Assembly: GCA_036386495.1 (NCBI GenBank)
Contig: DASVVP010000129.1
Coordinates: 3,464-67,463, forward strand
Source: Allosphingosinicella sp.
GTDB taxonomy: Bacteria > Pseudomonadota > Alphaproteobacteria > Sphingomonadales > Sphingomonadaceae
Reading direction: 5' to 3'
Length of the DNA: 64,000 nt
The number at the start of each line of letters is the position of its first letter. The stretch's first letter is position 1. Under the pieces are notes generated by a model. It made no database searches, was not told the DNA's origin, and saw only the letters and a program-made list of their open reading frames with translations. Shown here in pieces: positions 51,222 to 59,742 of the stretch. A program made the translations under genes and the position numbers.

Positions 51222-51884
51222 ATGAGCGACGCATCCCAGCGGCTGGAAGCGGTCCGTGTCGGCATTGCGCGGGCGACGGCACTCGCCCGGCGACGGCCCG
51301 CGGACGTGACGTTGATCGCGGTCTCCAAGACCCATGACGCAGATGCGATCCGGCCTCTGATCGCCGTCGGGCAGCGCGACTTCGGTGAGAACCGGGTCCA
51401 GGAAGCCGAGGGCAAATGGCCCGGGCTCAAGGCGCAGGCGCCCGGAATCCGGCTGCACCTGATCGGACGCCTCCAATCGAACAAGGCCGAAGACGCGGTC
51501 GCTCTGTTCGACGCAATCCACTCCGTGGACAGGCCGTCGCTGGTGGCCGCCCTGGCCGCGGCGATGGAGAAGTCCGGACACCGCCCCGATTGCTTCCTCC
51601 AGGTCAATCTCGGCGAAGAGCCGCAGAAGGGCGGCTGCGCAACCGCCGCGCTGCCCGCTCTGCTGGACGCCGCACGGGCCGCTGGGCTTCCGGTCGCCGG
51701 GCTGATGGCGATCCCGCCGGTCGATGTGGAGCCGGCCCCCTATTTCGCCCTCCTCGCCAAGCTTGCCCGGCAGCACGCCCTCGCCGGGCTCAGCATGGGC
51801 ATGTCGGCCGACTATGAGACCGCGGTGACCATCGGCGCCACCCACGTCCGGGTCGGCACCGCTCTGTTCGGAGACCGGCGCTGA
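51222..51884 (+). CDS. yggS: YggS family PLP-binding protein
   Basis: LIAVSKT, FGENRVQE, IGRLQSNK, LSMGMSADY, VRVGTALFG. Confidence 0.95.
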   Translation: MSDASQRLEAVRVGIARATALARRRPADVTLIAVSKTHDADAIRPLIAVGQRDFGENRVQEAEGKWPGLKAQAPGIRLHLIGRLQSNKAEDAVALFDAIHSVDRPSLVAALAAAMEKSGHRPDCFLQVNLGEEPQKGGCATAALPALLDAARAAGLPVAGLMAIPPVDVEPAPYFALLAKLARQHALAGLSMGMSADYETAVTIGATHVRVGTALFGDRR

Positions 51885-52576
51885 AGTTCGCCGGCCTGAT
51901 CCTCGATTTCGACGGCGTCCTCCTCGAGAGCGAATATGCCGGCAATGCGCAGATCGCCGAATTCCTGACGGCCGCGGGGCACCCGACGACTCCCGAGCAG
52001 GCGATGGAGCATTTCATGGGCCTCAGCGGGCTGGCCTTCCTGGCGGCGATCGAGCGCTGGATCGCGCGGCCTCTCCCGGACCGCTTTCACGAGGCGCGGG
52101 CGGAGGAGGATGCCCGCGTGCTCGCCGAGGGGCTGGAAGCCGTCGCCGGCGCCGTCGCCTTCGTCGAGTCGCTGCCGCCCGAGCTGCCGCGCGCTGTCGC
52201 CTCGTCGAGCGCGCCCGAGTGGATCGAGCGCCATCTCGACCATCTCGGCATCCGCCGCCATTTCGGCGCGCTCGTCTTCAGCGGCGCTCACCATGTCGCG
52301 CGCGGCAAGCCCGCCCCCGACATCTACCATCACGCGGCTGAGGCGATGGGGGTTCCGATCGAGCAGGTGGCGATCGTCGAGGATTCTCCGGTCGGGGTGA
52401 GCGGCGCGCTCGCTTCGGGCGCGACCGTGATCGGCCTTTGTGCAGGGCGCCATTGCCTTCCGGGCCACGCGGAGCGGCTGCGTGCGCTGGGCGTGGAGCA
52501 TGTCGTCGGCAGCTTCGAGGAGGTCGCCAATCTCCTCGGCCTGCCTGGCGACCCTATAGCTGGTGGCCGCTTCTGA
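51881..52576 (+). CDS. HAD-IA family phosphatase (probable CTG start)
   Basis: Motif I DFDGVL lies upstream of the first ATG; GKPAPDIY, VEDSPVG. Confidence 0.85.
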   Translation: MKFAGLILDFDGVLLESEYAGNAQIAEFLTAAGHPTTPEQAMEHFMGLSGLAFLAAIERWIARPLPDRFHEARAEEDARVLAEGLEAVAGAVAFVESLPPELPRAVASSSAPEWIERHLDHLGIRRHFGALVFSGAHHVARGKPAPDIYHHAAEAMGVPIEQVAIVEDSPVGVSGALASGATVIGLCAGRHCLPGHAERLRALGVEHVVGSFEEVANLLGLPGDPIAGGRF

Positions 52577-53603
52577 GGCGCTTGGTCGCGAGATAGGGCT
52601 CGTTGTGCGGATTGGCCCCCGCCTTGAGCGGCACCCGCTCCACTACCTCGATTCCCTCCGCCTCCAGCCCGGCGAGCTTGCGCGGATTGTTGGTGAGCAG
52701 TCGCACGCGCTCCTGGGCCAGCTTCTCCAGCATCCGAGCGGCCACCGCATAATCGCGCTCGTCGTCGTCGAAGCCGATGCGAAGGTTCGCGTCGACGGTA
52801 TCGTAGCCCTGGTCCTGCAAGGCGTAGGCGCGCAGCTTGTTGATCAGGCCGATGCCGCGCCCTTCCTGGCGCAGATAGAGCAATATGCCCCAGCCCGAGG
52901 CGACGATGGCCGCCAGCGCATCGTCGAGCTGCGGCCCGCAATCGCACTTCAGCGACCCGAATACGTCGCCGGTCAGGCATTCGCTGTGCAGCCGGACCAG
53001 CGGCGGCGCCCCCGCCGGCTGGCCGATCAGCAGGGCGACATGCTCCGCGCCGTCGCTCCCGGCGCGGAAGGCGACGACCTCCGCTTGCTCCGACCAGCGG
53101 TTGGGAAGCTTCGCCCGCGAGACGATGCGCAGCCGCTCCGAGCGGGCGGCGGCACGGATCGCCTCCGCCGAAATCGACGTCTCGTCGCCCGCCCCGCCGA
53201 CGAACAAGGCCGGCAGCAGTCCGGCGAGGCGCGCGAGCGTGAGCGCCGCCGCGGCGGCGGCCGGATTTTCCACGGGCGCGGTGCGGAAGGGCCCCTTGAG
53301 CGGCGTGTCCAGGTCCAGCGACGGATCCGCGACCGCCGCCGCCGCAGCAAGATCGAGCCACGGCGTGCGCAGGATCCGCACCGGCCCGGCCGGGGCGGCG
53401 TCGCGCTGGTTGGCGAGCTTGAGGATCGCCGCGCGGTGGCCGGAAATGAGGAGGTCGGCGGGCCCCGCGGCGTCGAAGCGGGCAAGCGCCTCTGCGTCGG
53501 CGATCTCGACGGCAAGGTAGCCAAACCCTTCGATGGTCACCGGACGGCCGCGGCGCAGCGCCTCGATCGCGCCGGCGACCCCGTCCGGAGCCGGCGCGGT
53601 CAA
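52554..53603 (-). CDS. ribA: GTP cyclohydrolase II with degenerate N-terminal DHBP-synthase-like domain
   Basis: RLHSECLTGDVFGSLKCDCG, QEGRGIGL, TNNPRK; TTGA overlap start. Confidence 0.92.
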   Translation of the reverse strand: MTAPAPDGVAGAIEALRRGRPVTIEGFGYLAVEIADAEALARFDAAGPADLLISGHRAAILKLANQRDAAPAGPVRILRTPWLDLAAAAAVADPSLDLDTPLKGPFRTAPVENPAAAAAALTLARLAGLLPALFVGGAGDETSISAEAIRAAARSERLRIVSRAKLPNRWSEQAEVVAFRAGSDGAEHVALLIGQPAGAPPLVRLHSECLTGDVFGSLKCDCGPQLDDALAAIVASGWGILLYLRQEGRGIGLINKLRAYALQDQGYDTVDANLRIGFDDDERDYAVAARMLEKLAQERVRLLTNNPRKLAGLEAEGIEVVERVPLKAGANPHNEPYLATKRLRSGHQL

Positions 53604-54394
53604 ATCCGGAACTCGGTCACCAGCGGCACGTGGTCCGAGGGGCGGGCCCAGCCGCGGCACGGTTCGTGGACATGGTGGCCGACCGCGAGCGCGGCGACGT
53701 CCCTGGTCGCCCACATATGGTCGAGCCGGCGCCCGCGGTCGTTCCTGGTCCAGTCGGGCGAGCGGTAGCTCCACCAGGTGTGGAGCCGCCCCGGCGCGGG
53801 GTGGAAATGGCGGCCGAGATCGACCCAGTCGTTGCTCGCCTGGAGCTTCGTCAGCGCCTCGACCTCCACCGGCGTGTGGCTCACCACCTTCAAGAGCTGC
53901 TTGTGGCTCCAAACGTCGCATTCGAGCGGCGCGACGTTGAAGTCGCCGGCGAGGATCGTCGGGCAGCGGCACGCCTCGGACCAGCGCGTCATCCGTTCGA
54001 TGAAGTCGAGCTTCTGGCCGAACTTAGGATTCTCGTCGCGGTCGGGGACGTCGCCGCCGGCGGGCACGTAGACGTTCTCGATCCGGATCCCGCAATCGAG
54101 CCGCACGCCGACATGACGCGCCTCGCCGTTCGCCTGCCAGTCCAGCCGGACCTCCTCGCGCATCGGCAGTTTCGAGAGGATGGCGACGCCATGGTGCATG
54201 CGCTGGCCGCACAGGATCAGGTGGTTGTAACCGAGCCGCCGGAACAGGCCGACCGGGAAGTCGCAGTCCACGACCTTGGTTTCCTGGAGGCACAATATGT
54301 CGGGCGCTTCCTCGCGCAGGAACTTCTCGACGATCTCGATCCGCGCACGGACCGAGTTGATGTTCCAGGAGGCAATGCGAAGCGTGTCGGACAT
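53600..54394 (-). CDS. xth: Exodeoxyribonuclease III
   Basis: SWNINSVRAR, LQETK, GDFN, RLDH, PSDH. Confidence 0.95.
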   Translation of the reverse strand: MSDTLRIASWNINSVRARIEIVEKFLREEAPDILCLQETKVVDCDFPVGLFRRLGYNHLILCGQRMHHGVAILSKLPMREEVRLDWQANGEARHVGVRLDCGIRIENVYVPAGGDVPDRDENPKFGQKLDFIERMTRWSEACRCPTILAGDFNVAPLECDVWSHKQLLKVVSHTPVEVEALTKLQASNDWVDLGRHFHPAPGRLHTWWSYRSPDWTRNDRGRRLDHMWATRDVAALAVGHHVHEPCRGWARPSDHVPLVTEFRI

Positions 54395-54449
54395 GCCCGG
54401 GACTTAGCGGCGGGCGGTCGCGCTGTCGATGTGGAGGGGCCGCGCGCGG

Positions 54450-54575
54450 AAATGGAATGGCCCCCACTCCGGGGGCGTGGAGCGGGGGCCGACCAAGCGT
54501 TTTGACGCGAGGTCAACCGCGGATCCGGCCCGGGGAACAGGGGGGAAACCCAGGCTGGGGACCCGCGATTGCAAT
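54450..54575 (-). ncRNA. Candidate small regulatory RNA (two stable hairpins, C-rich loop)
   Basis: Hairpin 54518-54567 with loop UUUCCCCCCUGUUC; terminator-like hairpin 54459-54490; -10-like TAGAAA at 54580-54585. Confidence 0.5.
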
Positions 54576-54629
54576 GTGTTTTCTATCGAAACCCACCTGT
54601 CGGCAGGATGAATGAAACAATGTCTCCGA

Positions 54630-55259
54630 TCACCCGCGCGGTCCGCCACGGCGCCTGGGATCGGTGTAACGGAAGGCGCTGTCAGCGACCGGAACGTTGA
54701 AGCGCTGGTTGGAGAGCCGGACCGTGGTGCGGTTGTTCTGCGCGTCGAGCGTCGTCCAGCCCTGCAGGATCAGCCCGCCCGGCGCGCTGCCCGACTTGGC
54801 GAAGGCGATGGTGATCGTTCCGAACTCGCGCCGGCGCGGGTCGCGGGCCTCGAGCATCAGCACCTGCGCGTCGTTGCGCGTCACCCGCGAGAAGCGGGCG
54901 AGATCCTGGTTCGGATTGAGAAGCACGGAAAGCGGCGAATCGTTGATCGGCCAGCGCGACACCTGGCGCACGTCGTAATCAACGAAGTTGAGGGCGCGGC
55001 CGTCGCCGACGATCAGCATGTTGGCGCTGCGGCCGTAATCGAAGCGGATGCGGCCGGGCCGCTTCAGCGACACGGTGCCGCCCAAGGTACGGCCCCGCTG
55101 GTCGGTCTGGCTGAAACTGGCTGTCATGGTGGTGACGGCACGAAGATGCTGCTGGACCAGAGCCAGGCCATTATTGGCCTGCGCGGCGACCGGCATCGGT
55201 GCAAGCGCGGCCGCGGCGAGCGGAGCCGCGGCGAGAGCGAGCGCGCGAAAACGCAACAT
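54630..55259 (-). CDS. lolA: Outer-membrane lipoprotein carrier LolA
   Basis: Signal peptide, ASFSQTD, KRPGRIRFDY; ftsK-lolA-xth synteny. Confidence 0.88.
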   Translation of the reverse strand: MLRFRALALAAAPLAAAALAPMPVAAQANNGLALVQQHLRAVTTMTASFSQTDQRGRTLGGTVSLKRPGRIRFDYGRSANMLIVGDGRALNFVDYDVRQVSRWPINDSPLSVLLNPNQDLARFSRVTRNDAQVLMLEARDPRRREFGTITIAFAKSGSAPGGLILQGWTTLDAQNNRTTVRLSNQRFNVPVADSAFRYTDPRRRGGPRG

Positions 55260-55344
55260 GGAAAGTCCTTCCCTATCGTTCAGCTTTGCGGGGGATATGG
55301 TGTCGCCCCCTTGAATGCCCAGTGAACCCGCCGGTTCCGGATGC

Positions 55345-55765
55345 TCAGCCGAACTCCAGCCGGCAATGGCCGTCGCGCCTCATTTGGAAGTCGCAGCGTC
55401 CGAGGATGTCCATGCCGAGCAGCGCGTCGAATTCGAAAGCGTCGGTCAGCTCGATGCCGATTACCTCGTCGAAGACGAAGGGAAATGCGGGCGTCGACAG
55501 GTCCGAAATCTGCCTGCAAGCCAATGCGGAACGCGAGACGTTCGACCTGTCCTTCCCCCTGCGCCGACATCAGCAGGCGTTTGCCGAGCCGGGAAAGCGC
55601 CAGCTTCTCCGCCACTCGCGATGCGACCCCAACTGATGGACGACCCGGTGTCGAGCAGCGCCAGCGCTTGGATGCCCGTCAGATGAGTTATCGGAATGGG
55701 CGCGAGACGGTGACCGGCAGAAGGATTCGCCGCGGCTCGCGACTCCACTCAATGGACTGCGACAT
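55345..55765 (-). pseudogene. Retropepsin-like aspartic protease, interrupted by three frameshifts
   Basis: Segments MSQSIEW..RRILLPVTV / LAPIPITHLTGIQALALLDTGSSIS / GVASRVAEKLAL...FRIGL / FPFVFDEVIGIE...FDALLGMDIL..EFG* lie in shifting frames. Confidence 0.75.
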
Positions 55766-56003
55766 GCGACCAGAAGCCGAGGTCGATCGGCTCGTCGGTG
55801 ACCTCCTGGATCGAAAAGACACCATCGGGGAAACGATCGGCAGCGGCGAGCAGCGCCTCGCGCGGCGTATCGAAGTAACCGACAATCTTTCCGTCGCGCA
55901 TCAGCGCGAGCTGATCGCGATGCTCTTCGAGGATCGAGCCCAGAATCCGCATGAAGATGTCGTAGTTGCGGTCGACTTCCTGCTTCTGTCGCTCGACATC
56001 CAT
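55749..56003 (-). CDS. Small hypothetical protein, DUF5678-like
   Basis: Strong SD GGGAGGAG; EVDRNYDIF...HRDQLALMRDGKIVGYFDT...FSIQEV; overlaps the protease start. Confidence 0.75.
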   Translation of the reverse strand: MDVERQKQEVDRNYDIFMRILGSILEEHRDQLALMRDGKIVGYFDTPREALLAAADRFPDGVFSIQEVTDEPIDLGFWSHVAVH

Positions 56004-56103
56004 TGCCGACTCCTCCCTTCCCACGCGCCAGGAATCGCATAGATCGCGGCTGCCGCCAGGCAGCTTGCGCCGGAGCGAATCGGCCGCTCGCCGGACCGAG
56101 TCT

Positions 56104-58422
56104 TCAGCCCAGCGGCCGCCCCTCAGGATCGACCAGCACTTCGCGGCGGCCGACATGGTCGGGGACGCTGACGACGCCTTCCTTCTCCATCCGCTCGATC
56201 AGGCGCGCGGCATTGTTGTAGCCGACGCGGAGCTGGCGCTGGAGATAGGAGGTCGACGCCTTCTGGCTCTCGGCCACGGTCTGAACCGCCTTGCGGTAGA
56301 GCTGGGCCTCGGGGTCGTCCTCGCCGACCGGCTGGCCCTCGAACATGTAGCCGCCGTCCTCCGGCTCCTCGGTAACCGCCTGGATGTAATCGGGGTGGCC
56401 CTGGGCGCGCCAATGGTCGGCGACGGCGCGGACCTCGTCGTCGGTCACCAACGGGCCGTGAACGCGGGCGATCTGCTTGCCGCCCGGCATGTAGAGCATG
56501 TCGCCCTTGCCGAGCAGCTGCTCGGCGCCCTGCTCGCCGAGGATGGTGCGCGAGTCGATCTTGGACGTGACCGCGAAGCTGATCCGCGTCGGCAGGTTCG
56601 CCTTGATGACGCCGGTGATGACGTCGACCGACGGGCGCTGCGTCGCCATGATCAGGTGGATGCCGGCGGCCCGCGCCTTCTGAGCCAGGCGCTGGATCAG
56701 GAACTCGACCTCCTTGCCCGCGGTCATCATCAGGTCGGCGAGCTCGTCGACCACGACCACGATCTGCGGCAGCACCTCGTACTCCAGCTCCTCCATCTCG
56801 TAACGCGGCTGGCCGGTTTCGGGATCGTAGCCGGTCTGGACCCGCCGCCCGAGCGTCTGGCCCTTCATCCTCGCCTCGCGCACCTTGGCGTTGAAGCTGG
56901 AGAGCTGGCGCACGCCGACCGAGGCCATCATCCGGTAGCGCTCCTCCATCTGCTCGACGGTCCATTTGAGCGCGCGGATCGCCTTGGCGGGCTCCGTCAC
57001 GACCGGGGCGAGCAGATGCGGAATGTCCTCGTAGACGCTCAATTCCAGCATCTTCGGGTCGATCAGGATCATTTTGCACTGCTCCGGCGTCAGCCGGTAG
57101 AGCAAGGAGAGGATCATGCAGTTGAGGCCGACCGACTTGCCTGAGCCGGTGGTGCCGGCGACGAGCAGATGCGGCATCGGCGCGAGGTCGGCGACGACGG
57201 GATCGCCGGCGATGTTCTTGCCGAGCACGATCGGCAGCTGTGCGACCTGGTCCTCGAAGGCGTGGCTTCCGATCAGCTCGGAGAGGACGACGCTCTCGCG
57301 CTTGGCGTTGGGCAGCTCGATGCCGATCACGCTGCGGCCGGGGATGGTGGCGACGCGTGCCGACAGCGCCGACATGTTGCGGGCGATATCGTCGGCAAGC
57401 TGGATGACGCGGCTCGCCTTGATTCCGCTGGCCGGCTCCAGTTCGTACATGGTGACGACCGGGCCGGGACGGACCTCGACGATCTCGCCCTTGACGGAGA
57501 AATCCTCGAGCACGGACTCGAGCAGCCGGGCGTTGCGTTCGAGGCTGGCCTTGTCGAGCGCGACGTTGATCGGCGGCGGTGCCGGGTTGAGCAGGTCGAC
57601 CGTCGGCAAAGCGTAGCTGTCGCCGAGCGCAAGCGACGCCTGGCGATCCTTGCCCGAGCGGCGTGTCGCCGGCGCTCGCGGCCGCTCGGCGATGATCGGC
57701 GAACGGGGCTCCGGCGCGGGCGCGACCTGACGGCGCGCGGGGCGCTCCCTCGGCGCGGCGACGTCCTCCTCATCCTCGTCGGCAGGTGCGCGGAGCGGGA
57801 GGCGACGCGTGGCGAGCCAGTGGCGCTCCTCGCGGCTGAGGCCGAGTCCGATCCAGAGCAGGACCAGCCCCGCAAGCGCCAGCAGGACGGTGAGGACGAT
57901 GCGGAAGGGTTCGACGATGCCCGGCTCGCCGATCGCCGCCAGCCCGCGCTCGATCAAAGCCGCGAGCGAGAGCCCCGCGACTCCGCCCCAGCCGGCCGGA
58001 AGTCCGTTGATCGCCCCGGCGACCAGCAAGGCGACCGCCGTGCCCGCAAGCGCCGCGCCGACCAGGCTGATCGCGAGCAGCCGCCCGAAGCGCCGGTGCG
58101 GCGCCGCGAGCGCCAGCCGCAGACCGCTCAGGAAGAGGAGCGGCAGCAGCAGCGCCGAGACCGGGCCGAAAGCGGTGAGGAGCAGGTCGGCCGACCACGC
58201 CCCCGGCGCGCCGAGCCAGTTCTGCGCCGGCCCTCCCGCTTCGGTGTTGAGGGCTGGATCGGTGGGGTGATAAGTCGCGAGTGCCAGCGCCGCGCCCAGC
58301 GCGCCGAGGGCAAGCGCTCCGCCGCCCGCCAGGCGCACGGCCTTGCGGGCGCCGCGCTCGGCGCCTTGCTTCCACTGGCCCAGCCGGCCGGGCCGGGCGG
58401 AGCGTGCCGCAGCACTGGCCAT
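56104..58422 (-). CDS. ftsK: DNA translocase FtsK
   Basis: N-terminal TM domain, AGTTGSGKS, VDELADLM, ATQRPSVDV, gamma domain STSYLQR..VGYNNAAR. Confidence 0.97.
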   Translation of the reverse strand: MASAAARSARPGRLGQWKQGAERGARKAVRLAGGGALALGALGAALALATYHPTDPALNTEAGGPAQNWLGAPGAWSADLLLTAFGPVSALLLPLLFLSGLRLALAAPHRRFGRLLAISLVGAALAGTAVALLVAGAINGLPAGWGGVAGLSLAALIERGLAAIGEPGIVEPFRIVLTVLLALAGLVLLWIGLGLSREERHWLATRRLPLRAPADEDEEDVAAPRERPARRQVAPAPEPRSPIIAERPRAPATRRSGKDRQASLALGDSYALPTVDLLNPAPPPINVALDKASLERNARLLESVLEDFSVKGEIVEVRPGPVVTMYELEPASGIKASRVIQLADDIARNMSALSARVATIPGRSVIGIELPNAKRESVVLSELIGSHAFEDQVAQLPIVLGKNIAGDPVVADLAPMPHLLVAGTTGSGKSVGLNCMILSLLYRLTPEQCKMILIDPKMLELSVYEDIPHLLAPVVTEPAKAIRALKWTVEQMEERYRMMASVGVRQLSSFNAKVREARMKGQTLGRRVQTGYDPETGQPRYEMEELEYEVLPQIVVVVDELADLMMTAGKEVEFLIQRLAQKARAAGIHLIMATQRPSVDVITGVIKANLPTRISFAVTSKIDSRTILGEQGAEQLLGKGDMLYMPGGKQIARVHGPLVTDDEVRAVADHWRAQGHPDYIQAVTEEPEDGGYMFEGQPVGEDDPEAQLYRKAVQTVAESQKASTSYLQRQLRVGYNNAARLIERMEKEGVVSVPDHVGRREVLVDPEGRPLG

Positions 58423-58521
58423 CGTCGTGCCCCAAATGTTCCCGCTTTAGCCTTCATGCGCCTCCCCGGACTCCCGGGTCAAGCGCTTGGCGTTGCATGC
58501 TTGCATCGGTAAGGCGGGAAA

Positions 58522-59742
58522 ATGGAGCGCGCGGACGTCATCATTCTGGGCGGCGGCCTCGTCGGGCTCACGCTCGCGCTTGCGCTGGACCGGCACGGTC
58601 TTTCGAGCCTGGTCGTCGATCCGGCCGACCCGCAGACCCAGCTCACGCCGCAATATGACGGGCGTGCCACCGCCGTCGCCAGCGCTTCGTGGCGGATGCT
58701 GGAGGCGATCGGAGTAGCCGACCGCCTCGAAGGCCGCGGCTGCCCGATCGAAACGATCCGCGTCACCGACGGCCTCGCCCCCGGCGGCATCGTCTTCGCG
58801 CCCGAGCCTGGCGACGACCCGCTCGGCATCATGTTCGAGAATCGCCTGCTCCGCGCAGCGCTGCGCGATTGCGCCACGGCCGCCAAGCGCGTGACGCTGG
58901 TCATGCCGGCGCATGCGGGCGAGGTCGTCCGCGACGAGCATGGCGTCCGCGTGGCGCTGACCGACGGGCGGCTGCTCACGGCCCCTCTGCTGGTGGGCGC
59001 CGAGGGCCGCAACTCACCGGCCCGCGAAGCGGCCCACATCCCGATCGCGCGCTGGCAATATGATCATGTCGCTCTGGTGATCACCGTCGCCCACGAGCAT
59101 TGGCACGAAAACACCGCCTACGAGATTTTCTATCCGACCGGCCCGTTCGCCGTCCTGCCGATGCTGCAAGGCGAAGACGGGAAGTGGCGTTCCGCGATCG
59201 TCTGGTCGGTCCCCGGTGCCGACGCCGACGCCTATCTCGATCTGCCCGACCGCGCGCTGGCCGCCGAGCTCGACAAGCGCATCGGAGGCTTCCTCGGGGC
59301 GCTTTCTCCCGCCGGGCCGCGCGCCAGCTACAAGCTCGGCTTCCACCATGCCGCCACCATCACCGCCCGCCGCCTCGCCCTCGTCGGCGACGCGGCCCAC
59401 GGCATCCATCCGATCGCGGGACAGGGCCTGAACCTCGGCTTCCGCGACGCCGCGGCGCTCGCCCAGGTGCTGGTCGAGGGCGCCCGGCTCGGCCTCGACC
59501 TCGGCGACGCGCAATTGCTCGACCGCTACCAAAGATGGCGCAGCCTCGACACCTTCATGGTCGCCGCCGCAACCGACGGCCTCACCCGCCTCTACGGAGT
59601 CCCCGGCCGCACCGCTGCCGCGGTCCGCCGCTTCGGCATGGGCGCGGTCCAGCGGCTCGGACCTCTGAAGGAGCTGTTCATGGCCGAAGCCCGCGGCGAG
59701 AGCGGCGACCTGCCGCTGCTGCTGCGCGGGCTCACCGTCTAG
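58522..59742 (+). CDS. UbiH/UbiL/COQ6-type FAD monooxygenase (ubiquinone biosynthesis)
   Basis: GGGLVG, GAEGRNS, GDAAHGIHPIAGQGLNLG. Confidence 0.9.
   Translation: MERADVIILGGGLVGLTLALALDRHGLSSLVVDPADPQTQLTPQYDGRATAVASASWRMLEAIGVADRLEGRGCPIETIRVTDGLAPGGIVFAPEPGDDPLGIMFENRLLRAALRDCATAAKRVTLVMPAHAGEVVRDEHGVRVALTDGRLLTAPLLVGAEGRNSPAREAAHIPIARWQYDHVALVITVAHEHWHENTAYEIFYPTGPFAVLPMLQGEDGKWRSAIVWSVPGADADAYLDLPDRALAAELDKRIGGFLGALSPAGPRASYKLGFHHAATITARRLALVGDAAHGIHPIAGQGLNLGFRDAAALAQVLVEGARLGLDLGDAQLLDRYQRWRSLDTFMVAAATDGLTRLYGVPGRTAAAVRRFGMGAVQRLGPLKELFMAEARGESGDLPLLLRGLTV

Noticed and set aside
55280-55615. 111-aa ORF 55280-55615 as an independent gene
   Set aside because: It is one internal segment of the frameshifted protease, running on out of frame.
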